The position numbers and the translations under genes are program-made. Under the pieces are notes generated by a model. That model was not told the DNA's origin. It ran no database searches and saw nothing but the letters and a program-made list of their open reading frames with translations. A stretch of DNA of 61,961 bases, the filler included, from Deltaproteobacteria bacterium (GTDB taxonomy: Bacteria > CG2-30-53-67), in assembly GCA_013151235.1 (NCBI GenBank). It is 3 parts of 3 records of this genome, joined end to end, with 100 filler letters (N's around TTAATTAATTAA, not from the genome) between each part and the next. Parts side by side here need not be neighbours in the genome. Positions count along the whole stretch, not along the records: positions 30,516 to 47,780 come from JAADIO010000043.1; 2 more parts are not named here. The stretch is one strand, 5' to 3'. Positions 30,517-39,026 of the stretch are shown one piece after another (the first letter of the stretch is position 1; each line of letters begins with the position of its first letter).

Positions 30517-30678
30517 ATCCGGCTCAAAAAAGGCGATTCCATAGACATCCCAAGGGGGGGGGTCCATCGCATTGAGAATACGACAACGGAAAACATGGCC
30601 TTTATCGAGGTACAAATGGGAGACTATTTCGGCGAGGATGATATTGTAAGGATTGAGGATGACTTCGGTCGAACGTAG
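30517..30678 (+). CDS. 3' fragment of a phosphomannose isomerase type II / ManC-type cupin
   Basis: Translates as IRLKKGDSIDIPRGGVHRIEN...FIEVQMGDYFGEDDIVRIEDDFGRT*. The 5' part is lost in the gap. Confidence 0.9.
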   Translation: MRLKKGDSIDIPRGGVHRIENTTTENMAFIEVQMGDYFGEDDIVRIEDDFGRT

Positions 30679-30683
30679 AGGAG

Positions 30684-31625
30684 ATGGTTTTGAAAAATCC
30701 GACGGTTAAACGATATGGGCAAAACCCCATTCTGACCCGGCGGGATATTCCCTATCCCGTTTCCACGGTTCACAATGCCGGGATGGTCAAGCATGACGGA
30801 AGGTATGTGATGCTCTTCCGCTCCCATCTTTTAAACGGCCGGTGCGTCATCGGCCTGGCGGAAAGCGAAGACGGTTACGCATTCACCGTAAATCCGGAGC
30901 CTTTCCTGGTTCCTGCAACCCAAGGCGTCTTCGCCGAATACGAAGAGTTCGGGGTCGAGGACCTTCGTATCTGCGCCATGGATGATCAGTACCTGCTCAC
31001 CTACAGCGCTTATTCCAGGCATGGCGTTAGGATCGCCCTGGCGCGGACCCGGGATTTCAAGAGTGTCGAGCGGATCGCACTGATCTCCCAACCGGATATG
31101 CGCAACGTGGTGATCTTCCCTCAGAAGTTTGACGGCCGCTATGTCCGTCTGGATCGTCCTCATTCCGAAATCTCTCCCTGGTCCATTTACATTTCCTATT
31201 CTCCCGACCTGGTCCATTGGGGAGACTCGAAGGTGGTCATAAAACCGGTGACCTATCACTGGGATGAGCTGAAGATCGGCCCCGGAGCTACACCCTTCCG
31301 GACGGACCAGGGGTGGCTGAATATCTACCACGGGGTCTACCGGACCATGTCGGGAGCGGTTTACCGGTTAGGCGTGGCGCTGCACGACCTGGAGGATCCA
31401 TCCAGGATAATCGGCATCTCCGATGACTGGATACTGGAACCGGAAGATCCCTGGGAGACCGTCGGCTATGTTCCCAATGTCGTGTTCACCTGCGGCGCCG
31501 TCCCGGAAGAGGACGGTACGGTAAAGATTTATTGGGGAGGGGCCGACACCGTCATGTGTGCCGGGTCCGCCCGAATCACGGACCTTGTGGAGATGTGCCT
31601 CAACCATTCAAGGGCACCCTATTAA
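30684..31625 (+). CDS. GH130 beta-mannoside phosphorylase/glycosidase
   Basis: NPIL, HNAG, EDLRI, YSAY, RLDRP, KIGPG, YHGV, GYVPNVVF, YWGGADT. Confidence 0.92.
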   Translation: MVLKNPTVKRYGQNPILTRRDIPYPVSTVHNAGMVKHDGRYVMLFRSHLLNGRCVIGLAESEDGYAFTVNPEPFLVPATQGVFAEYEEFGVEDLRICAMDDQYLLTYSAYSRHGVRIALARTRDFKSVERIALISQPDMRNVVIFPQKFDGRYVRLDRPHSEISPWSIYISYSPDLVHWGDSKVVIKPVTYHWDELKIGPGATPFRTDQGWLNIYHGVYRTMSGAVYRLGVALHDLEDPSRIIGISDDWILEPEDPWETVGYVPNVVFTCGAVPEEDGTVKIYWGGADTVMCAGSARITDLVEMCLNHSRAPY

Positions 31626-31636
31626 AGGAACATACG

Positions 31637-33106
31637 ATGCATCAGGAATCTCTGCGGATCAGAAGAAAGAAAAAACGGATCGAGTCAAAATCGTCCAGGG
31701 TGATCACCAAATTCTTCATGCCCGGCAGTCGGGAACAGATCGGTCATATGATTGATCGCGTACTGGGTCTCTCGGAAGAGGAAGTCAAGCAGAACCTGAA
31801 CCGGGTCATTGCCGACTTTTCCACACGCCACAAGAACATCCGGCAAGTGTTCGACAGGAACTATCATGCCGTCAAAGATTATCTCCCGAACGGCAAAGAG
31901 ATCTCCGGCGAAAGGCGGTGCTTGATCGGGTCTTTTTTTACCCATGAATACTCGATACAGGCGGCCGCCTTTTTTAATCCCTCCATCGTGGCACATCCGG
32001 ACCAGAGCAATCTGCACCCGGGATCCATTCGGGTGATCCTGAGTTTTCGTTCCACCGGCGAAGGGCATATCTCTTCCATTGAATTTAGAAGCGGCATTCT
32101 GGACGAAACGAATAACATGCACTTTGACGAAGTAGGCCGCTTTGTGGAGACCCCGGAAGTCATCAACAACCCGACGTATGACAAATACGTCTTTCAATTA
32201 AAGCTGGAAGATATGGGGTCGAAGAACAACGTCTCCGAAGAAATCCTGAAGGACCTGCCCGACAGGTTTTCCTTTGTTGAACTGCAAACCGCGATCCGGA
32301 AGAAGACCCATACCTGGTATGAAGAACCGCCTGCTTTACTCCATGAGACGACAGAGAAGATGCTCTGGCTTGCCGGATCCAATTATGCATTACGATTCAG
32401 AAAGGACCGGAGGATCTCGGAGAAAGTCATCTTTCCGGTCTCCGAAAACGAAAGCCGGGGAATTGAGGATGCACGGTTCGTTCGCTTCTGCGATGATCGA
32501 GGATCTGCCACATATTATGCAACCTACACCGCCTACAACGGTTTCGATATCCTTCCGATGCTTCTGGAAACCCGGGATTTTGACAACTTTAAAATCAGGA
32601 CCCTCAACGGCAAGGCGGTACAGAACAAGGGAATGGCTCTCTTCCCGAGAAAAATCAATGGGAAATATATGATGATCTCCCGTCAGGATGGAGAAAATAT
32701 CTATATCATGTCTTCGGATAACCTGCATTTCTGGCACGAAGCCCAACTCCTTCAGAAACCGGAATACCCATGGGAATTCATACAGATCGGGAACTGCGGT
32801 TCTCCCCTTGAGACCGAGTCGGGATGGATCCTGTTGACCCACGGCGTCGGCCCTATGAGAAAATACTGCATCGGAGCCTGTCTGCTGGACCTGGAAGACC
32901 CGACAAAGGTAATCGGCCGCCTGTCCGAACCGCTTCTTTCTCCCACGGAAGAAGAGCGGGAAGGTTATGTACCGAACGTGCTGTATACCTGCGGCGCCAT
33001 CATTCACAACAAGGAATTGGTTATTCCCTATTCCATGTCGGATACCTCGTCGGGAATTGCGGTTGTTTCGGTTAAGAATTTGCTGTCCCGGATGCTGGAC
33101 AGATAA
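31637..33106 (+). CDS. Long-form GH130-family glycosidase/phosphorylase
   Basis: EYSIQAAAFFNPS, GEGHISS, GIEDARFV, YTAYNG, NKGMALFPRK, HGVGPMR, GYVPNV. Confidence 0.88.
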   Translation: MHQESLRIRRKKKRIESKSSRVITKFFMPGSREQIGHMIDRVLGLSEEEVKQNLNRVIADFSTRHKNIRQVFDRNYHAVKDYLPNGKEISGERRCLIGSFFTHEYSIQAAAFFNPSIVAHPDQSNLHPGSIRVILSFRSTGEGHISSIEFRSGILDETNNMHFDEVGRFVETPEVINNPTYDKYVFQLKLEDMGSKNNVSEEILKDLPDRFSFVELQTAIRKKTHTWYEEPPALLHETTEKMLWLAGSNYALRFRKDRRISEKVIFPVSENESRGIEDARFVRFCDDRGSATYYATYTAYNGFDILPMLLETRDFDNFKIRTLNGKAVQNKGMALFPRKINGKYMMISRQDGENIYIMSSDNLHFWHEAQLLQKPEYPWEFIQIGNCGSPLETESGWILLTHGVGPMRKYCIGACLLDLEDPTKVIGRLSEPLLSPTEEEREGYVPNVLYTCGAIIHNKELVIPYSMSDTSSGIAVVSVKNLLSRMLDR

Positions 33107-33128
33107 CAATCCAGTACAGGAGGAACCA

Positions 33129-35384
33129 TTGAAAAAAATAGCAATCATCGGTAATTATCTTCCCCGTCAGTGCGGAATTGCAACCTTTACCAGCGATCTG
33201 TGTGACGCACTTGCAGGACATATAAAAAAAAGCGATGAACACCTGATCGTCGTTGCCATGGATGATGTGGAAGAAGGGTATGACTATCCGGGCCGTGTCA
33301 AGTTCCAGATTCGGGCAAATGTCCAGCGTGACTATATCCGCGCCGCCGATTTTCTGAATGTCCACAAGTTCGACATTGCCGTCCTTCAGCATGAATTCGG
33401 GATTTTTGGGGGAAGGGACGGAGCCTACATTATCAGTTTAATCAAGAACCTGAGAATGCCGGTGATAACAACTTTGCATACCGTGCTCCAGAATCCTTCC
33501 GACGGACAGCGTATCATCATGCAGGAACTGGCAAAATATTCCGAATCCTTTGTGGTCATGGCTCACAAAGCCCATTCGATTCTGCAGGAAGTATACGGCA
33601 TCGACAATTCAAAAATAGCATTCATCCCGCATGGAATCCCGGATACCCCTCTCGAACGTTCCGACACATTTCGCAGGCAAATCGGGTTAAAAGAGAAAAA
33701 AATTCTTTTAACCTTCGGTCTGCTGAGTCCGGGGAAAGGCATTGACATAATGATTCAGGCTTTGCCTGAAATTATCGAACGCCACCCCGAGGCAGTCTAT
33801 ATTGTTTTGGGCGAGATCCACCCCTATATCGTGAAGGAGTCCGGGGATTCCTATCTTCAGGGCCTTTACCAGATTGTCAACCGGCTCGGTGTCAACGATC
33901 ATGTGTTGTTCCGAAACCGTTTTGTCGGCCTGAAACCGTTGATGCAATACGTCCGGGCCACTGATATTTATATCACACCCTACGTCAATGAGCAGCAGAT
34001 CGTATCCGGCACGCTTGCCTATGCCGTGGGCATGGGGACCCCTGTTGTTTCCACCCCCTACTGGTATGCACAAGAACTGCTGGCCGACGGGAGAGGACGC
34101 CTTGTTCCTTTCAACGACCCACACGCCATCGCGGAAGCCGTCAACCATTTGCTGGATCACGAGGAAGAACGAATGGAGACACGCAAAAAGTGTTACCAAT
34201 TCGGTCGGTCAATGATCTGGGAGGAAGTGGGCCGAAGCTATCTTCAACTAACCGGCAAGGTACTCAAGCAGACCTATGACCGGGCCATACAACAATTTAC
34301 GGAAAGACCGGATGCCCGAATCGTCAGTGAACTTCCCGACATCAACTTGCAACATTTGAGAATCATGACCGACACCACGGGGATGCTCCAGCACGCAAAA
34401 TATTCCATCCCCGACCGTACCCACGGCTACTGCGTAGACGATAATGCCAGAGCACTCATTGCGGTCTGTCTGTACTACTCCCTGCGCAAGGATAAAGGCA
34501 TGGTCCCCTTGATCCAGACCTACCTTTCTTTCATGAATGACTCTTTTAATCCGGAGAACGGACGCTTCCGGAACTTCATGTCCTATGACAGACGATGGCT
34601 CGAAGAGATTGGAAGCGAAGATTCCCATGGCCGGTCCATCTGGGGGCTGGGTACCACCGTAAAATATGCACCGAGTGACTCGATTCTGAAAATGGCCGCA
34701 GGCCTTTTTTCGGACGGATTGCCTGCCGTCGAAAACTTCATATCACCCCGGGCATGGGCCTTTACCATTGTCGGTCTGCAAGCCTATATGGAAATCTTCG
34801 GCGGGGATGCAACGGCCCGCCGGTTGCGTACGGATCTTGGGGGGAAACTATTTAACCTCTTCCAGGAAAGGGCCTCGGAGGACTGGCCGTGGTGTGAAGA
34901 TCAGGTAACCTATGCCAATGCCAAATTGCCCCATGCACTGATCCTCGCCGGCCAATGGATACCAAACCCGGAAATGTTCGCAATGGGAATCAAAAGCCTG
35001 AAGTGGCTGCTCGCCAGACAGACGGCACCGGATGGTCACCTCTCCATCATCGGGAATTCCGATTGGCACAACCGGAAAGGCGATTCATCGACCTTTGATC
35101 AACAACCGATCGAGGCGATGTCTCTGATAGAAGCCTGCGCCGAGGCCTTTCGTGCCACTGGAGAGAGGACGTGGATCGAAGAGGGACAGCGGTGCCTCAC
35201 CTGGTTTCTGGGACGAAACGATCTGAATGCACAGATCTATGATTTTGAAACAGGAGGCTGCTGTGACGGGATTCAGCCTACCGGCGTGAACGCGAATCAG
35301 GGCGCAGAGTCCACCCTTTCCTGGCTTATTTCCCTCCTCACCATGTATAAAATCCTTGAACAGGAAGTCCTCGTTCGCAAATAA
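33129..35384 (+). CDS. GT4 glycosyltransferase fused to a C-terminal six-hairpin-glycosidase-like domain
   Basis: PRQCGIATF, QHEFGIFGG, FGLLSPGKG, SGTLAYA. C-domain QHA...GYCVDDNARAL, FDQQPIE, NQGAESTL. TTG start after AGGAGG. Confidence 0.88.
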   Translation: MKKIAIIGNYLPRQCGIATFTSDLCDALAGHIKKSDEHLIVVAMDDVEEGYDYPGRVKFQIRANVQRDYIRAADFLNVHKFDIAVLQHEFGIFGGRDGAYIISLIKNLRMPVITTLHTVLQNPSDGQRIIMQELAKYSESFVVMAHKAHSILQEVYGIDNSKIAFIPHGIPDTPLERSDTFRRQIGLKEKKILLTFGLLSPGKGIDIMIQALPEIIERHPEAVYIVLGEIHPYIVKESGDSYLQGLYQIVNRLGVNDHVLFRNRFVGLKPLMQYVRATDIYITPYVNEQQIVSGTLAYAVGMGTPVVSTPYWYAQELLADGRGRLVPFNDPHAIAEAVNHLLDHEEERMETRKKCYQFGRSMIWEEVGRSYLQLTGKVLKQTYDRAIQQFTERPDARIVSELPDINLQHLRIMTDTTGMLQHAKYSIPDRTHGYCVDDNARALIAVCLYYSLRKDKGMVPLIQTYLSFMNDSFNPENGRFRNFMSYDRRWLEEIGSEDSHGRSIWGLGTTVKYAPSDSILKMAAGLFSDGLPAVENFISPRAWAFTIVGLQAYMEIFGGDATARRLRTDLGGKLFNLFQERASEDWPWCEDQVTYANAKLPHALILAGQWIPNPEMFAMGIKSLKWLLARQTAPDGHLSIIGNSDWHNRKGDSSTFDQQPIEAMSLIEACAEAFRATGERTWIEEGQRCLTWFLGRNDLNAQIYDFETGGCCDGIQPTGVNANQGAESTLSWLISLLTMYKILEQEVLVRK

Positions 35385-35523
35385 GAAAAGAGGAAAGGAT
35401 CTACATAAAAGACTGGTTCAAAGATCAAGCCACACGAATATTTTGCTTGACAGGAGTCGATCAAAGATGTTAGCGTGGCTTATTAATTAACGCTGTTCCT
35501 GGTAAAAAACGAATATTCGAAAG

Positions 35524-35550
35524 CCCCGGAATGCATCCGGGGTTTTTTTT
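35524..35550 (+). terminator. Intrinsic terminator in the leader of the DEAD-box helicase gene
   Basis: ccccgga/tccgggg stem plus T8, downstream of TTGACA (35447) and 25 nt before the ATG. Confidence 0.7.
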
Positions 35551-35575
35551 ATGGGAACAAGAAAGAAGGAGTTTT

Positions 35576-36811
35576 ATGGATTTCAACGTATTTGATTTAC
35601 ACCCCAAGGTCAAAGCCGGTGTCACAGCGGAAGGTTTTGTCACCCCCACACCGATCCAGGCAGAAGCCATCCCCAAGGTTTTACAGGGGCACGACGTCAT
35701 GGGTCTGGCACAAACCGGCACAGGCAAGACAGCCGCCTTCGTCCTCCCCATTCTGCACCGACTGATGGAAGGCAAACGGAGATGTGTCCGAGCCCTGATC
35801 GTCACCCCTACCCGTGAGCTGGCCGAGCAGACACATGAGGCCATCGGGAAATTCGGGGCCGGGACCGGCATCCGGAGCGTAACCGTTTATGGAGGTGTGG
35901 GCATTCATCCACAGGCACAAAAACTTCGGCAGGGCCCTGAGATCGTTGTCGCCTGTCCCGGCAGAATTCTGGACCATATCGGACGGGGAACGATTGATCT
36001 CCGCCATGTGGACGTCCTGGTCCTTGACGAGGCGGATCATATGTTCGACATGGGTTTTCTCCCGGACATCCGGAAAATACTAAAGAATCTTCCCCGGAAA
36101 CGCCAGACCCTGCTTTTCTCGGCCACCATGCCGAAGGTCATCCGGCATCTTGCGCAGGATGTCTTGACGGATCCGGTAACCGTTCAGGTAGGAACCACCG
36201 CCCCGGCAGTCACGGTTCATCATGCGGTCTACCCGGTCGAACCGCACCTTAAGACCCGTCTCCTGTTGGAACTGTTACGCAGTACCGACACCGAATCTGT
36301 GCTGGTCTTCACCCGCACCAAGCATCGAGCCAAGCGACTGGGAGAACAACTCACCAAAGCGGGCTACCGGGCGACCTCGTTGCAGGGCAACCTGTCGCAG
36401 TCACGACGCCAGGCCGCACTGGAGGGCTTTCGACGGGGCAAGTTCCAGATCCTCGTTGCAACCGATATCGCCGCCCGCGGGATCGACGTGGCCCGGATCT
36501 CACACGTCATCAACTACGACATCCCCAACACCACCGAAGCCTATATCCACCGCATCGGCCGGACAGGCCGGGTGGCGCGGAGTGGTGATGCTTATACGCT
36601 GGTAACGGGGGAGGACAAAAATATGGTACGATCCATTGAGCGGATTCTGAACCGCCCGATCGATCGCCGCACCGTAGCTGACTTTGATTACAAAGCTCGC
36701 AAAACGGGCAAGACAGATCGACCGGTTCAAAAACCGGTTCGAGGCGGCAAAAGGACCTGGAACCGAACAAGAAGTGAACAGACATCTTTCAGCATGCCTC
36801 ACCCGTCATAG
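35576..36811 (+). CDS. rhlE: DEAD-box RNA helicase (RhlE-like)
   Basis: PTPIQ, AQTGTGKT, PTRELA, DEAD, SAT, ARGID, HRIGRTGR. Confidence 0.93.
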   Translation: MDFNVFDLHPKVKAGVTAEGFVTPTPIQAEAIPKVLQGHDVMGLAQTGTGKTAAFVLPILHRLMEGKRRCVRALIVTPTRELAEQTHEAIGKFGAGTGIRSVTVYGGVGIHPQAQKLRQGPEIVVACPGRILDHIGRGTIDLRHVDVLVLDEADHMFDMGFLPDIRKILKNLPRKRQTLLFSATMPKVIRHLAQDVLTDPVTVQVGTTAPAVTVHHAVYPVEPHLKTRLLLELLRSTDTESVLVFTRTKHRAKRLGEQLTKAGYRATSLQGNLSQSRRQAALEGFRRGKFQILVATDIAARGIDVARISHVINYDIPNTTEAYIHRIGRTGRVARSGDAYTLVTGEDKNMVRSIERILNRPIDRRTVADFDYKARKTGKTDRPVQKPVRGGKRTWNRTRSEQTSFSMPHPS

Positions 36812-36841
36812 ATCCGTAAGTCTTTATGATCTCAAAAGCTT

Positions 36842-37075
36842 GATGAAGTCGTAAAAAGTTGTTTTCCGGATTCCGTTCATGGTTCGGCAAGCTTCCGAGT
36901 ATGGTGAGCTTGCCGAACCACATGCTCGGAAGCTCGCCGAACCACACGAACGGGATATCAATAACTTACACCGTTCGTCCTGAGCGGGCCTGTGCTGAGT
37001 TTATCGAAGCATCGAAGGACCTGTCCTGAACCGGCTGAAGGGTCGAAAGGCTTTGTGACTTTTTACGAGACCATC
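36842..37075. mobile_element. Expanded (234 bp) MITE family A copy, TSD AAGCTT
   Basis: Both terminal repeats present, flanked by aagctt, with extra nested gagcttgccgaacc and ctgagt..atcgaag units. Confidence 0.9.
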
Positions 37076-37094
37076 AAGCTTCACGGGATCCTCT

Positions 37095-37634
37095 TTACAT
37101 GACATGGCAGGCCAGACAGAGATCGGTCTCCCTCGGCCCCACCGTCAGGCTGCCCCATTCCGCCAGGCAGCCATCAGCGGCATTGTCGCTAAATTCCGCG
37201 TCCACGATTCTCTCCGGATCAAGCACCCCCGGACGGAGTTTATGACAGGAGATACAGGTTACCTTTCCCTCCTCCAGACGGACATCCTGAGGCAAGGCAT
37301 CGGAAGGTGTGTAATGATTCGGTTTTGCAAGGGCATAACGGTCGTAACTCATTCCGATGGGGTGATTGACCGTCTGGTGCCCCCGGTACTGTATCGGGGT
37401 CCCGACTTCCCGGACGACGATCAGACTGGCCGTCGCGCCATCATGACAGGCGATACATTGAGCCGAAACGCCGCCAGGGGGAACAACAGGGGCCGATGGA
37501 GCCACGCCATAGGCTTCAGCATCCGTTCCTACAATAAATTTCCGAAAAGCATCTGCAAAACGTCCGGCGTATGCCGTCTCAACGAACATCAGCACCAACG
37601 TTAAGAAAACCAAGAGGACTTTGTGGAGTTTCAT
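37095..37634 (-). CDS. Exported triheme c-type cytochrome (cytochrome c3-like)
   Basis: Signal peptide ending AYA, and CIACH, CISCH, CLACH plus NHPIG. Confidence 0.88.
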   Translation of the reverse strand: MKLHKVLLVFLTLVLMFVETAYAGRFADAFRKFIVGTDAEAYGVAPSAPVVPPGGVSAQCIACHDGATASLIVVREVGTPIQYRGHQTVNHPIGMSYDRYALAKPNHYTPSDALPQDVRLEEGKVTCISCHKLRPGVLDPERIVDAEFSDNAADGCLAEWGSLTVGPRETDLCLACHVM

Positions 37635-37703
37635 GCTTCTTCCCTCCCTCCCAGTCCGGAAACAAAGGAACGAAAGAGGGGGAAGCGCCGTACGGGCGAG
37701 GAC

Positions 37704-37741
37704 AAAAAAAGACCTGTCCCGGATCGGAAACAGGTCTTTTT
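37704..37741 (-). terminator. Terminator (expression platform) of the riboswitch
   Basis: gacctgtttcc/gggacaggtc stem plus T7 on the minus strand, between the aptamer and the cytochrome start. Confidence 0.75.
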
Positions 37742-37761
37742 CTCCCGTAATACTTCATCGG

Positions 37762-37855
37762 TCTCTCCGGCAGCCCCTCTACCGTAACCTTTCGGTCCCA
37801 GGCAGGTAGCTTTGCGCCCTGCACCTTTCGGAGCAGGTTGCCATTGTCACGAAAC
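37762..37855 (-). promoter_or_regulatory. Cyclic di-GMP-I (GEMM-I) riboswitch aptamer
   Basis: Minus strand GGCAA-cctgc-tccGAAAgg-tgcagg-GCGCAAAGC-tacc...ggtag-AGGGGCTGCCG matches the GEMM-I architecture (GNRA-capped P2, CGCAAAG junction, GGGYYRCCG end). Confidence 0.85.
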
Positions 37856-37872
37856 ATCTTCTCTATCCAGAA

Positions 37873-37900
37873 CTATCGGATGAGACAGCGTAAAACTTTA
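37873..37900 (-). promoter_or_regulatory. Possible sigma28 (FliA) promoter
   Basis: TAAAGTTT-N12-TCCGATAG versus the consensus TAAAGTTT-N11-GCCGATAA. Confidence 0.5.
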
Positions 37901-37913
37901 GCTTTTTTTAAAA

Positions 37914-38032
37914 GGGGTCATTAAAAGGGGTCAAGTCTGCTCTTGGGTCATTAAAAGGGGTCAAGTCTGCTCTTGGGTCACCTTACGAAAAATTTTTCTG
38001 GATCAAGGTGAGTCAAGAGCAGACTTGACCCC
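37914..38032. mobile_element. GGGGTC-ended miniature inverted-repeat element with a tandemly duplicated left end
   Basis: Perfect 30-bp direct repeat at 37921-50 and 37951-80. A 28-nt inverted repeat (2 mismatches) spans 37957-38032. The right half recurs at 47881-47914. Confidence 0.7.
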
Positions 38033-38196
38033 TTTCGTCCGGAAAATCCTTGATTCAGAGCAAAGGATTATGTTAATATTTTATACTTTTGCAAGTGGCT
38101 TAACACAAAACCGATAGCACTCTGACGCCAGGAGCAGGCAGGTTTTTCATATCCCGATGCCGGTTTATTTAATGATCTCAGAAGGAGAGATTTTCC

Positions 38197-38952
38197 ATGT
38201 GCAACTTCTGTGGGACATTGTTGATTTGTCTCTTGTTTGCCCTTCCGGCCTATGCCCGGCAGTCCATGTTCGATCTCCCTCCCGTCGCATCGCCTCCTCT
38301 CTACGGAAACATCCTGATCAACCGGATCTCCACGAAAAATCATCAGCTCCCCGTCGTTTTTTCCCATTGGGAACATCGAGCAAAAGATACCTGCCGCGTC
38401 TGCCATTTTGAATTAGGCTTTATGATGCAGAAAAACACAACGGAGATCACGGAAGAGGCAAACCGGAGGGGGAAATTCTGCGGAGCATGCCACAATGGAA
38501 AAATCGCCTTCGGCCACACCAAAAAGAACTGCAAAAAGTGCCACAACGGAAACCGGACGTACGGCTGGCAGAAGTTTACGGCCTTCTCGGCAAAACTGCC
38601 CCAGGCTCCGACGGGCAACAAAATCGACTGGGTCAAAGCGGTAGAGGAAGGCTTGATTAAACCACGACAAAGCCTGACGGACAAAAACTATACACCTATG
38701 CCCTACAACAAGGAGCTTCAACTCCGGGCAGAGTGGAACATGATTCCTCCCGCCTTCTTCCCGCACAAGAAACATAATCTGTGGCTTGATTGTGCAAACT
38801 GCCATCCGGACATTTTTAATATCAAAAAGAAAACGACAAAGCATTTCTCAATGGTCAACAACTTAAAGGGGAAATTCTGCGGGGTCTGTCATCTAAAGGT
38901 CTCCTTCCCCATGAATGATTGTGGCCGATGCCATCCCAAGATGGCATACTGA
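38197..38952 (+). CDS. Hexaheme cytochrome with two c7-type triheme domains
   Basis: Signal peptide, CRVCH, CGACH, CKKCH, CANCH, CGVCH, CGRCH, and the VVFSH/FFPH and GKFCG repeats. Confidence 0.9.
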   Translation: MCNFCGTLLICLLFALPAYARQSMFDLPPVASPPLYGNILINRISTKNHQLPVVFSHWEHRAKDTCRVCHFELGFMMQKNTTEITEEANRRGKFCGACHNGKIAFGHTKKNCKKCHNGNRTYGWQKFTAFSAKLPQAPTGNKIDWVKAVEEGLIKPRQSLTDKNYTPMPYNKELQLRAEWNMIPPAFFPHKKHNLWLDCANCHPDIFNIKKKTTKHFSMVNNLKGKFCGVCHLKVSFPMNDCGRCHPKMAY

Positions 38953-39026
38953 AATGTGCAGGTCCTATAAGATCTGTTCCGCCTGCATGGTGCATCTTCT
39001 CAATACTCAAACGGACAATCAACAGC

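Noticed and set aside
37762-37855. Assignment of the riboswitch as a cGAMP (GEMM-Ib) sensor
   Set aside because: The position equivalent to G20 appears to be G, not A, in my manual alignment.
37921-37980. 30-bp direct repeats as a possible CRISPR array
   Set aside because: Only two abutting copies with no spacers and no cas genes. They are explained by the duplicated end of an inverted-repeat element.
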